Translations under genes and position numbers: made by a program
Notes under the pieces: generated by a model
Database searches by the model: none
What the model was told of the DNA's origin: nothing
What the model saw: only the letters and a program-made list of their open reading frames with translations
Shown here: positions 26,924 to 38,974 of the stretch, one piece after another
Numbering within the stretch: the stretch's first letter is position 1
Layout: each line of letters opens with the position of its first letter
NCBI RefSeq assembly: GCF_018977255.1
Contig: NW_024704743.1
Location: 75,394,001-75,458,000, forward strand
Source: Callorhinchus milii
Lineage: Eukaryota
Direction of reading: 5' to 3'
Length of the DNA: 64,000 bases

Positions 26924-28086
26924 CAACTGTGGGAAGGATTTTTTTTTGGGGGGTGGAAATAATTTTGCCACCGACCGAAAAGAGGACGTTGTCCCCCAAA
27001 GTTCATTGCCAGGTTTCACAAGCGCACAATCCTCACCTGTGCAGAGCGGCACCTCACACAGTGTCAGCCCGTGAGGGACTTCTGTCTTCAAATTTCTGAT
27101 CGGACAGAATTGTGGAGAATTCATCAATTCCATCGTTTGCACGAACTTAAATCTTAAATCGTGGTGACGTAGAGATATTAAGTGTATATATACTCAAACG
27201 CAGGGAAAGCCGTGTGCACGATGGGTTGGAAGCCACTGATCTAACAGTCTACCTGTCAGGGCTATGTGCTGTTGAGCTGCTCAGTTGCAGAGAGAGAGAG
27301 AGAGAGAGAGACGCTGCAAAATAACCATCTGCATAAAACCGTGACTTGCAACAACCGAGGCAGCGATTAGCAATAAGTACATGGATTTCACCCATCACAT
27401 ATCGCTTGAAAAAATGAAGCAAATCCTGGTCACCAAAAAACAACACCTGAAAAGTTACTGATCGCTCAATCCGATCGTTTATATTTGCTTTCATTTGGGT
27501 ATAAATTGTATTACAACCCACTTTCGTTTTACACATTTGCGCCGTGGAAGCTGTCAGTGTTTTGCAGTATTTAAATGGTGGTTTGACGGGATCATTTAAC
27601 ACCAATCAAAGAATTTTTAGGAATGCAATCCCACCGGTTAGTATGGATGAAATCGCCACTGTTATATCCCATTGGTTATTAAATTACAAGATGGGTTTGG
27701 GAATAAACATAATAAGCGGAATGTACTGAGGAGATCACACAGAGGGTGAGGTACAGAAACCTGCCCGGAAACAACCGTCACTTCTTCCATACAAATGTAG
27801 CAGTTTCTTGGGTCCCATCAATCCATATCATTGATCCATAATCCGTACCTGTGCTGGAAGGAGATTCCCCCGTTGTGAAAACTACTTCTTATCTTGTTCT
27901 ACTGGTTTCGGTGTCCAAACAATTCCTGGCACCGAAACTATGTGCAATATACAAATGAAGGAAGGCGCAATTAAACATAGGTTTTGATTTAATCATTCGC
28001 ACTTCATTGCTCGGTGTAGAATACAATCTCCAGAGAGATCTGGAGACTTATGATCCGTGGAGATTGATGATCGGGTGAGCCTTACA
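26924..28086. repeat. Partial fourth copy (block A only)
   Basis: Identity to copy 1 ends at ...GATCGGGTGAGCCTTACA (28086, equivalent to 7266), after which the sequence is unrelated. Confidence 0.95.
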
Positions 28087-28644
28087 TTTTCATGTCAGCA
28101 GAACATCCCAAAGCGCTTTACAGGGTTTACTGTAAAGTAAACTCTTTACTTTACTCTAACCAACTGCACCCATTGCTCTGCAGCATTAGGTATCCTGGGT
28201 GCTTACCTCAGGTTAGAGAGCGCGCATTCCTTTCCAATCAATATCTCTGGAATTTCCATGTGTAAGTGGGATGCATGGAATCTCAGTTTGATTTGGACAC
28301 TCTTAAACATGGTGATGAGTTTCTGCATGTGTCAGAAACCTGGCTGACCAAAAACATAATGACCATTAATGCTGACTTATCGATAGTCCATAGAAGGGAA
28401 AACATTTATTGTATTTCTGTAGCATTTCAGGATGTCCAGATATTGGCAAACTGAAATACAGCAGTCCCTTTGAAGCCAGTTTTTTTGTAAATGCATTTTG
28501 AGAGCTAAAGAAAATCAACTTCAAAGTTAAGACTAACTTCAATGACCAATTTTGGTTCTCTAAAATGCTCAGAAAATAGAACAAATCCAGACCCAGGTCA
28601 GAATTCAAGTTCTTCAACAAAACATTACTTCAAAACAATCTGGA

Positions 28645-28978
28645 CTTTGTGCTCAAAGTCTAAGCTGACACTCCAGTGCAATGTCTAAGATGCTGTCTTT
28701 CAGGTGACATGTTAAACCAAGGTCCCACCTGTTTGTTTAGGTAGATGTTAAAAATCCTATGGTGTTATTTGTAAAAGAGAAGGGAGTTCCAGAGAATAAT
28801 CTGGCCAACAATCCCCGAGATAAAAATTGAGTGGTTCATGATTATTGTGGGATATTGCTGTGTTCAAATTGGCTTCAAATTCACCTACATTTCACCTACA
28901 AAATACATAGTCACTACACTTTATCGTAAATCCTGTGAAAAGCTAAGGTCCTTTATTAAATGCAAGGATTATTATTAT
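28645..28978 (+). mobile_element. Deu-domain SINE
   Basis: GCTGACACTCCAGTGCA...GTTAAACCAAGGTCCCACCTGTTTGTTTAGGTAGATGTTAAAAATCC...CTGGCCAAC; tail AAATGCAAGGATTATT. Confidence 0.75.
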
Positions 28979-29269
28979 GGAAAGGCACAGTGACTCTTCT
29001 CAACAGTTAACTTTTTCAAGTAGTTGTTTCATTTGATCACAAGTGACTCAGTTCCTGAACATGATGAATTAATGTTTCTCCTCTTTCTGCCCTATTTGAT
29101 TCAGACATCTACACTTAAACAGTTTGTTTTCACTCCAGTAGATTTTTAAAAAAAAAACGAAAATGCAATTCACATTTGTGAATTGGGTAAATTATCCTTG
29201 CATTTAATGTAATGTCTATGCCACAAAGCACTTCACAAGGAATTGCTGTTAAGTGTAGTACCTTAACAT

Positions 29270-29862
29270 CACATCAGATCTAGGCTCGATTATGGTAACT
29301 CCGGGCTTGTCAGCCTTCCCAACTCTTCTCTCCACGAACTGTAGATCATCCAGAACTTTGCAGCTCATGTCCTCTCCTGCACCAGGCTTCGTAACTCTAT
29401 CACCCCCTCCCTTGCCCGGCTCCATTGGCTCCCCATCCCCCAGAGGATAGAGTTCAAAATCCTTGTCCTTGCCTTCAAAGTCCTTCATGGCCTTGCTACT
29501 TCCTACCTCTGTGATCTGCTAACCCCATATCAACCTGTCTGTTTCCTCCCCTCAACAGGCTATGGACTGCTCCAAGTCCCCCGCATGGCCTGCCCCACCA
29601 TTGGTGGTTGGGCCTTCAGCCTCTCTGCCCCCATCCTTTGGAACTCCATTCCACATTTCATTTGTCTCGTTCCCTCCCTTGCCTCCTTCAAGGAACGTCC
29701 CAAGAAACCCCTCTTCGACTGTGCCTTTGGCCATCCTCCCTGCCCTCCCTAATCCCAAACACACACACCCCACTCAGGTCCACATCCCTGACTGCCCAGC
29801 GCCTTGGGACCTCCTCCTGATGTGAAAAGCGCTAAACAAATGTAATCTATTGCTGTTCTTGT
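29270..29862 (+). mobile_element. L2 LINE 3' fragment
   Basis: Homologous to 33990-34585 (TCCATTGGCTCCCC...AGGATAGAGTTCAAAATCCTTG); tail GCGCCTTGGGACCTCCTCCTGATGTGAAAAGCGCT. Confidence 0.88.
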
Positions 29863-31234
29863 TACCTGTTTGAATTTTATGCTGTAATTCTTACTTGGAC
29901 AGTACACTATGTACAAAACTCCTTTGATGTTCAATATTGTATCACATGGCACAAAGTACATTATAAAAAATGGTCGCTTTATAATCTGTGCCTTGGAGGC
30001 ATTCCTTAGAGAAGAGAGTTTCTCCTGGTTTCCTGGCCAACAATTCCCCAAAATAAATTTTTCATTGACTCCAAGGCTATTTGTGGGGAACTGTTGTGCA
30101 CAAATGGGTTACCGCATTTGTCTACCAACACATAGTCACTACACTTTACAATATGATCCTGTGAAGTGCTTTGAGATGTCCTCCAGACATGAAAGACGTC
30201 ATCCAAGGATTAAGTATTATTGTTTATTCTTTATCCACCAAGCCCAATGCTGTAAAGTGGGAAATCATATTTAGGAGAATTTATCCTGCAACAAGTGGAA
30301 AGAATTTAATATGTATCTTAATTAGGTCACCCTCCACATTTGCTCGAAAGCACAATTCAAGCCATACATTGGACATATGGCGAGTATGTATCATTCAAGT
30401 TCTTTGGAAGAATATGTTTCCTAGGGATCTATGTCCCAATATGTGGAGGAAACTCCTTGTATACTTTATAGACACACCAAGTTCACGAAACCATTAGAGT
30501 GCCAGGATATTCATTTTGAATGAAAATGAAGACTATTTCATCCGTCAAGTTTGAAAACTAAGTAGATTAAAGATTGGCTGTGGCCGAAAATACCCTTTTG
30601 ATAACTCATGGCTGGTCATGATATGGGCTTTCCGTTTATAATAGGACTGTCAGGGCCCATGAACATTTGTGTCCCTTGCTGGTACGGTGAGCTGCCTTTG
30701 AGTTATCTTCTAGATAATGTATTTGAGGTCATGAAGCAATTTGTTTTCATGCAAAATTACTGGCACAGTTAGACAGATACAAATTAACTAGTTGTTTCTG
30801 GTTGCAAATTATCCTCTGTGCAATTTTTAGGTTTTTCACATAATCTCTGAATAAACACTTCACACAAATCACGGGGCTTCCTTGCTCAGATTCCACCAGT
30901 AAGATTTTTCTCCAGAGCATGTAATTTTGGGCCTCTGGCACTATTGACTTTCTTACCACCAGAGGGTGATCAAGACTCTATACATTTATACTATTTTTTT
31001 TCCTTCTATTCACATTACACAGAAATAAGCATAACAACAACTTGCATTTATATAGCGCCCTTCACATGGCGCATGTCTTGAAGCGCTTAGAGACGCTGCT
31101 CCATGTGAAGGGTGCTATATAATGATAATTGTGGAGGAGCTTTCAGTTCTGTTTTGATTTTTAATTTTTTTATACTTAATCATTTAGGATTTCCATTTGT
31201 CATGTAGTGCTTAATTTCTCATTAGATTAAATTA

Positions 31235-31665
31235 AAATAACCTTTGCATTAGATATAGCATCCGACATGTATAGCATTGAAATGTCTCAAAGTGCTTCCC
31301 AGATAATGATTGTAAAATGTAGTGACTGTGTATTTGCAGCAAACACAGCACCCAATTTACACACAGCAATGTCCCACAAACAGCCATGAAAATGAAAACC
31401 AAGTTTATCTAATGGATTGTAGACTTGGACACACCATTTCTCTTCACTTTTTTGTCCCTTTCTTCACCTCTCTTCCCCCTCTCTTTTCAAATAGTCCTGA
31501 GGGATCTTTAATATCCACATGAACAGGCAGACAATACCTCAGTCAGGGTGGGACCTCTGCCAATACACTACTCTCCCAGTACTGCACTGGAGTGTCAGCC
31601 CAGACTATTAGTTTGAAGACCTAATGTGTAGTTCTATCTCAGATAGTGCATGCATATATACTGAG
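31235..31665 (-). mobile_element. Deu-domain SINE
   Basis: Reverse tail plus GGGATCTTTAATATCCACATGAACAGGCAGAC...GTACTGCACTGGAGTGTCAGC. Confidence 0.7.
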
Positions 31666-32189
31666 CAAAGATTTAAAGCCTGAGTAGCAAAATTAGAAAA
31701 TTATCAAATTGTCAGGTACTTTGAAAATCAATCCACATTAAAACATACAACATTTTAATTCAATAAGATACATTTTTAGAATGAAATGTTCACCAAAACT
31801 GAAACTTGCAGATTACTTGCTAATTGTAAGGCTCTCCCAGACATTATGCAAAGGGTGCCATATACATGCAAGTTGCTGCAGCTAACTTCAGCAGTTTATT
31901 GAGACTTATTTTTCTGAACTTCAATCTAATCACACTAGCAATAAAATACTGCTGTGTTGCTGTTTCTCAATTTACCACACAGCTAACCTGTAATAGTCCA
32001 TAATGACAGACGACATGCAGTGGCCAAAATGCAGAGGACTCTCATTTTAAACATGTACATATATAGTTACTTGGACAGCGAAATGGATGATTTATTGAGG
32101 ATTTACTCCCAACTCAGTTGCTTTTGGAGAAAAGTTGCTTGAATGTAATTGTTACTTTCTCCCATTTGATTGCACTATGTTTGCTTCAT

Positions 32190-34585
32190 GTTATGTTTAA
32201 TGTTTACTCCTCTGCTGACTTTTCCTCTCTTATTTCCTCCTTCAATCTTTCCCTCCACATCCACTCCACCACTTATGACCGCGGTCATCCCCTCAACCTG
32301 GGCCTCCCCGTCTCGGACATCACCGTCATTGACAAAGCGATCTTGGAACATCACTTCATCTCCCTTAACTCCTCAATCCCTCTCCCCACCGTTACCCAAC
32401 TCACCTCCATCTCATACTGCCCCTGGAGAAAAATCTCCCCCCCCCCTCTTGGCTGCCTTGGAGTCTCTGAACTCCTTCCCCTCTGGGTGTCCTCCCGCAC
32501 TGACCCACTGACCTATACTCCTCGGTCACCCTTCTCCACAGTTCCCTTTCCTCCACTCTTGATTCTCTCACTCCCCTCTCTTTCTGAACATCTTCTACTC
32601 ACGCAAATCACCTTGGTACACCAGCCACCTCCGCTCCCTAAAGCCCAGGCGCGTTCCACTGAGTGCACCTGGCTTAAATCAAACCTAACTGTCCACCGGC
32701 AGATTTGGCTGGACCATGTCAAATCCTACCGCTCCCCCCTCGCCTCCACTAAATCATTGTTCTACTCCAAGACAATCTTGGAGGCTAAGGAGAACCCCAG
32801 GCTCCTCTTCTCCATCACGAACTGACTTCTCCGTCCACCCTCTCATGCCTCATCCATCCTCACCTCAAAATGCCAACTGCGAGGCAATGATGGACTTCCT
32901 CGAATCCAAAGTCGAGGGAATCCACTCAGCTGCCTCTGGCACTACAACTACTACTCCCTCCCCATCTCTTTCTCCCACCCCAGCTCCTACCCATCCCTCC
33001 CTCCACACCTTTGAACCCATCTTCCCCTCCTCTCTCATCACCACTATAAACCAATATGAAACCCACCATCTGCTCCTCTGGTTCTGTTCCCACCCCATTA
33101 AAAACTGCTGTCATCATTCCTATCCTTAAAAAAACCCTCCCTGGACTCTTCTCTACTCCCTAACTACCACCCCATCTCCAACCTCCCTTCCTCTCCAAGG
33201 TCCTGGAACAAGCTGTTGCTTCTCAGCTTCGCTCCTTCCTCTCCCACCACTCCCTTCTCGAACCCCTCCAATTGGGTTTCCGTGCCGCTCACAGCACAGA
33301 AATCACCCTGGTTAAAGTGACAAATGACATTCTGTCCATCTGCGACCAGGGCTCCCTCTGCCTCCTCGTCCTCCTTGCCCTCTCTGCTGCTTTTGACACC
33401 ATTGACCACTCTATCCTCATCCACCGCCTCTCCTCTCACCTAATTTGTCCTTGATTGGTTCAGATCGTACCTCTCACACCGCCTGCACTTCATCTCCTCT
33501 AGCCCCTGATTGTCTTGTGCGGTGTTCCTCAGGGCTCTGTCCTTGGTCCCCTCCTCTTCCACATCTATTTGTCCCCTTTGGTGACATCATCTGCAGTCAT
33601 GGGGTCAACTTCCAACATGTATGAGGATGACACCCAACTCTATCTCTCTGCCTCCACCCTTGACCCCAGTATCACTGCTGTCCTGACAGAATGTCTGTCA
33701 GACATCAAGCGCTGGATAAGAGTTAACTTTCTTCAGTTGAACATCAACGAGACCGAGGCTCTCCTGATTGGCTCCACACCTCAGGCGCTGACAGTATCAC
33801 CATCCATGGTTGCACACTCCATCTTGCTAAGCCAGTCCGGAACCTTGGGGTCTTGTTTGACCTTCAACTATCCTTTCTACCCCACATTCGGCCATGACCC
33901 GTTCTGCCTTGCACCACCTCTGCAACGTTGCCTGGCTCCAACACTGTCTCACACCACAGGCCGCTGAAACCTCATACACGCCTTCATTACATCGAGGCTC
34001 GACTATGCAAGCTCATTCTTGTCGGCCTCCCCAACTACTCCCTCCACAGGCTGCAGATCATCCAGAACTCTGCAGCCCGTGTCCTCTCCTGCACCAGGCT
34101 CCGTGACTCTATCACCCCATCCTCGCCCAACTCCACTGGCTTCCCTTCACACAGAGGATACAGTTCAAGATCCTGGTCCTCACCTTCAAAGCCCTCCATG
34201 GTCTTGCTCCCCCCTACCTCTCCAACCTCCTAAGCCTCTACCATTCTGCTCGCTCCCTCCGCTCAGTGGGCTCCAGTTTGCTTCATGTCCCCTGCCTTGC
34301 TCGCCCCACTATCGGCGGGCGGGCCTTCTGCCACTCCGCCCCCGCCCTCCGGAACTCCATCCCGCAATCTCTCCATCTCGCCCCCTCCATTGCCACCTTC
34401 AAGACCCACCTCAAGACCCTCCTCTTCGACTGTGCTTTCGATCTCCCTGCTTCCCCCCCGCCCTCCACCCTCTCTGACCCGGACCCTCAGTTCGGGTTTG
34501 TAACTCTGTCTGTCCAGTGCCTTGGAACGTCCTCCCGACGTGAAAGGCGCTATACAAATGTAATTTTGTTGTTGTTGTTGTTGTT
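32190..34585 (+). mobile_element. Decayed, 5'-truncated L2-clade LINE (end of APE endonuclease, reverse transcriptase, 3' tail)
   Basis: Frameshifted fragments: TYDRGHPL...LEHHFI (APE C-terminus), GFRAAHSTEITLVKVTNDIL, GVPQGSVLGPLLF, MYEDDTQLY, LQIIQNSAARVL, FKTHLKTLLF. Tail CTTGGAACGTCCTCCCGACGTGAAAGGCGCTATACAAATG followed by (TTG)n. Confidence 0.93.
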
Positions 34586-35099
34586 CACAGATGGAGATAT
34601 TCTTCCCTCCCATGAAAGCACTATTATGAATTAAATTATTTGAGTTTAATTGACCACAAGGTGGTGCTGTTATTTAGTGTAATTACCTACCAGAATGTTC
34701 TATGTTGGTGGTTGTAATTGAAACTTTACACCACAGGGTGGTGCTCCTGTGATCCCTTTGGTTCTGACTGGTTGATTGCCCCAATCAACAACGTATAAAG
34801 TAGTTCATCTATTTTTGACAGGAATAATGCAAGAGAAACTTTTGATCCCTTCAGTAGACAGTGAACAGTACCTTTCAGTCAGAAGCTGAAGTTCCTGAGC
34901 CAGGCAGGTCTGCAGTACTCCAACTTGGTTTGTCTGCAGGACCCGGAGGAGCAGACTGGTCACTGGGAACAGGGATTCTTCTCACTCTGCGCCTGATAAC
35001 TCTGCAAGCCAAAGTACTCAATGGATGCCATAGAATTTGCCAAGGGGGAAACTGAAAGAGATCTAGGGGCATGAGTTGACTAACGGTTGAATTTAAATT

Positions 35100-35560
35100 C
35101 CCACATGTCATCCTTAAGCTGTACAGACCGCACTTTGTGTGGTCTTTGTACAGACTTTGTACAGACTGCATATAGGTCTGGTCATCGCCTATAAGGGACC
35201 GTTCCCACTCCCTAGAGATGGTACAGAGCAATGAGAATGATCCTATTATTGGAGGAATGAGTTATTAGATTAGACAAATTAGGGCTCTTCAGCCTTTAGT
35301 GAAAATGACTCAGAGAGGTCCTTCTAGAGGTGGATCATATTTTAAATGGGATTGAAAAAAATATACCCAGATGAATACTTTAGGATGCATCAAAACAGTG
35401 GAAATGACAAGAGAATTGGTTTTAGAGTTGTAAATAGCAGTTTCAGCACAGATACCAGGAAGTTTTTCTTTACACAGAGGTTACCAGGAAGGTTGGTAGA
35501 GGCCAGAACACTGGATTAATTTAAAAAGCAGCTGGCATACATGAAGGGATTGGGTTCAAA
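35100..35560 (+). mobile_element. Decayed CR1-clade LINE 3' fragment
   Basis: Degenerate nucleotide matches to the CR1 ORF2 C-terminal motifs (LEMVQR..MRMI, RLDKLGLFSL, RGDL.EV.KI, RK.FFTQRV). Confidence 0.7.
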
Positions 35561-36349
35561 CTGTAATAGGTTAATATTTAGTGAGTTAAAGAGGTTCTAA
35601 ACAGCTTGTTTCATACACAGAGCTCTCCTCTGCCATCTAGGTCCCAGCCCTAATTTGTCTATATCATTTAAACTGTATTACCACATTTCAAAGTGGATGT
35701 TTTTCTCTTAATTAGAAAGGCTTTGGAGAGATCATTAGCAATCCTTCGTCACCAGACATGGTGTATGAATTGCTAATAGTGGCTTAAATACACAGCAACC
35801 CTGTAACTGTTAACATCCTAGAGCCTGTTCAATTAGGAACTTTAGCAAAATGTGTTTTTTTTTGCAAGCCTAGCAAATTAATAGTGAGGAGTGTGTCTGC
35901 TAGCAATATTACACGATTGAAAGAAAAACGTTTAGAAATAAGTTTATTTCTAAACACAGTGGCTGCAGCTCTATAACTTCAGACTTTCGAAATGGTATGA
36001 CACAGAAATCATCTGAGATAACCTCTCCAAGAGAGTGAATACTCTCTATAAATGGAGAGAGCTCACTCTAAAGTGTGCTCACATGGTGAGAAATTCCACC
36101 TGGGTCGAGATTTATTGTATTTTTGTAGCAGGCTCACTAGAATTTGGCAATTTTTAAAATACAGCCTTAATTTTGCAGCCCGTTTTCATGAAGTTCATTT
36201 TAAGAACCTGTAAGAATTTTAGAGTTATGACTGAATCCAACTATCGTATTTGCCAAATTCTGGACACTCTGAGAGAATAACTCTAGACTTGAAAGTACAC
36301 CAGGTTGTGTCTTTCACATATGACCTGGTGTATGTGGAAATACACCCTT

Positions 36350-37290
36350 CCACATGTATGCGGATGACACACAAATCTACTTTGCCTGCTCCAGTACCAA
36401 CTCCAGGTCTGCTGATGTTCTATCAGCTTGTCTGGCAGACGTCAGGGCCTGGGTGAGTGTAAACTTCCTGCAGCTGAATGTGGACAAGATGGAAGCCATA
36501 CTCCTTGACTCCCGTCAACGTCTTCACTCCTGCAGATCTAAACTCCTCAACCTCCCTGCGCTCTCTCTCAGACTCACTGAACCAGTGCGCAACCTAGGCA
36601 TCTGGTTCGAGCCCCAGCTATCCTTCCTCCCCCACATCCAATCCCTGACCAGGACCCCCTTCTTCCACCACCGCTACATTGCCCACCTCCTACCGTACCC
36701 CAAATGCAGCCAAAAACCCTTGTGCATGCGTTTGTCACCTCCCGTCTGGATTACTTCAATGCACTCCTCTCCGGTCTCCCCAGCTCCACCATTCAAAAGA
36801 TCCAGCTCAGTCAGAACTCTGTTGCCTGCATACTGACCCGGACCAAACTCCGTACTCACATCTCACCAGTTCTGGCCAGGCTCCACTGGCTCCCCATCAC
36901 TGGACGGATGGACTTCAAGATCCTCACACTTGTGTTTAAATCCACTCAGTCCCCAGCACCTCCCTATCTCTCCGACCTCCTCACTCCCCAATCCATCACC
37001 CGCGCTTCCGCTCGACTGGCACCTGCATCCTGCCCCCCAATCGCACGCTCCGTCCCACCATCGGAGTTGGCACTGTCAGCCACTATGCCCTAAAACTCTG
37101 GAACACTCTCCCTCAATCCCTTCACCTTGTCCCCTTTCTCCCCTTTTTCAAGTCCGCCTGAAAACCTTCTTCTTCAACTGTGCTTACGGCTATCTCCCAC
37201 ATGCCCCCACCCCAGGCTCTGCCACTGTTAAGGGCTCTGAGATGCTAATCTGTGTGGAGGGTGCTATATAAGTGCAAATTGTTGTTATTT
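36350..37290 (+). mobile_element. L2 LINE 3' fragment
   Basis: [61 protein letters not shown]; tail GCTATATAAGTGCAAATTGTTG. Confidence 0.92.
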
Positions 37291-37599
37291 AAAGCTGTCC
37301 TTTTAATTTACTATCAGCTCAATTACTGAATGATGGAGATAGATTGTTGGAATGAAATGCGCACTCTCTCCCTGGAGAGATGCATCCTGCTTACCTAATT
37401 CCATTAGGCGCAGGTTGGCAAAAGCTGAGGCTTGGGGACCTCAGAGTGTGTGTTAGGGTACTGCTGGAGTTTAACCAGCTAAAAATGCATAGCTTGCCAT
37501 TGGTACTGCTGTCCGACAAGCTTTCCCACTGCTTACCCGTTGGCTTTGGCTTGCAGAGTTAACAGGACCTGAATGGGATGACTCGCTGCTCCCAGTGAC

Positions 37600-37787
37600 T
37601 GGTCTTCTTTTCAACTATGCCTTCAGCTCCCCTCTCGACTCTCTACCCCCTCCTTGCTCCCTCCCTTCCCTCCCCTCACCCTGACCATTTCCCGCCTACT
37701 CGGGTCCCGACCCAACTTTCCAGTGCCTTGGGACGTCCTCCCGACGTGAAAGGCGCTCTATAAATGAAATCTTGTTGTTGTTGTTGT
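37600..37787 (+). mobile_element. Short L2 3' end inserted in an unclassified repeat
   Basis: TGCCTTGGGACGTCCTCCCGACGTGAAAGGCGCTCTATAAATGAAATC followed by (TTG)n. Confidence 0.8.
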
Positions 37788-38226
37788 TTGTGGCTGGCTG
37801 TGCTATCATCAGCAGTGCCCTGGAATACTATGGACCAGCCTGTCTTAGGAACCAGACTTCCAATACCACCAGGGAAGGTTGGCTTGATTTGGTCATTCCG
37901 TTGCCTGGCATTTCACCTTGGAGGCAGTTCAGCTCCAAGGAGACCCCGCTTAACTCTCCCCCAAGGAAAATACTCATGTCTTGGTCATTTGACATCTGAC
38001 AAGCATGGGTTTGAGCCCTCACGAGGTGGATAATAAATACGAGGAACTCAATGCAGGCTTCCCAGTGGGCAACACATCTCAGCAGGCAATGTGTGAGAGC
38101 ATTGCCACCAGCTTCCTGTCTGCAGCTCAGGCATATGTCCCTTCCCAGTGAGCGATGGTTCTACCAGTTGGAGGTACAGAGTTTAAGCAGCAGCTGCTTA
38201 CCTCTCTGCAGGCCAATTAAGGTGGA

Positions 38227-38522
38227 GTCCTGTAGCTCAGTGGTTAGAGCACTCACCTGGGTTCAACTCCCAGCAGGGTGAAACCTTGGGCAAGTTTCCT
38301 TACTTCACACGCCTGATAATAATCCCTCAAGAAAAAAACCCAATAATAAATTGGTCACTTCAATCCACGACTGTTTGTGGGACACTGCTGTGCACAATTG
38401 GCTGCCGCATTTCACCCACAAAAATAGAGTCAATTCACTTTACAGTATATTCTGTGAAGCGCTTTGAGACATCTAGAAGATGTGAAAAGTGCTATATCAA
38501 ACGCAAGGACCATTATTATATT
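38227..38522 (+). mobile_element. tRNA-derived SINE with 10-bp TSD, inserted into an unclassified repeat
   Basis: GTCCTGTAGCTCAGTGGTTAGAGCACTC...GGTTCAACTCC head; TTAAGGTGGA at 38217-38226 and 38523-38532. The host site is uninterrupted in the paralogous repeat at ~780. Confidence 0.88.
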
Positions 38523-38968
38523 TTAAGGTGGATTCCAGGCCCTCGATGCACGAATGTGTGTTCACGAACTGGACTGCAGGTAACACCTTCCAGCAGCTTG
38601 AGTCTAACCAGCTAAAAATGCAGAGCTTGCCATTGATACTCAAGCCTCAGAGTTTCCTCATCAGCTATCTGGTGGGCATCTGCCTTCAGCGTGGTGGGAA
38701 GACCTTTACAGGACAGCTTGTGACGTGGCAGCCACCTTGATGTTCCCGAGGTCCAAGTCCAATGCCACGTGCCAGGCTTACTCAGCACCAACTGTTCAAT
38801 CCAGGTCCCATTTTTAGTAAATAGTCAATAGACATTATTATATTTTAAGGTGGATTCCAGGCCCTCGATGTACGAATGTGTGTTCACGAATTGGACTGCA
38901 GGTAACACCTTCCAGCAGCTTGAGTCTAACCAGCTAAAAATGCAGAGCTTGCCAATGATACTCAAGCC
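38511..38968. repeat. Local 136-bp direct duplication (38511-38646 and 38833-38968)
   Basis: CATTATTATATTTTAAGGTGGATTCCAGG...GATACTCAAGCC occurs twice, with three substitutions seen. Confidence 0.92.
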
Positions 38969-38974
38969 GTGAAG

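Larger units (their letters stand above)
37380..38810 (+). repeat. Unclassified dispersed repeat hosting nested L2-tail and SINE insertions
   Basis: Homology to 570-1010 and to 53490-53730 (AGCTAAAA(A/C)TGCAGAGCT...TTGCAG(A/T)GTTAACAGGA). Confidence 0.7.

Noticed and set aside
26498..27142. 214-aa minus-strand ORF and its counterparts in the other copies
   Set aside because: It spans the repeat junction and poly-G tracts. The frame differs between copies through G-run length changes, it is low-complexity, and it has no recognisable domain.
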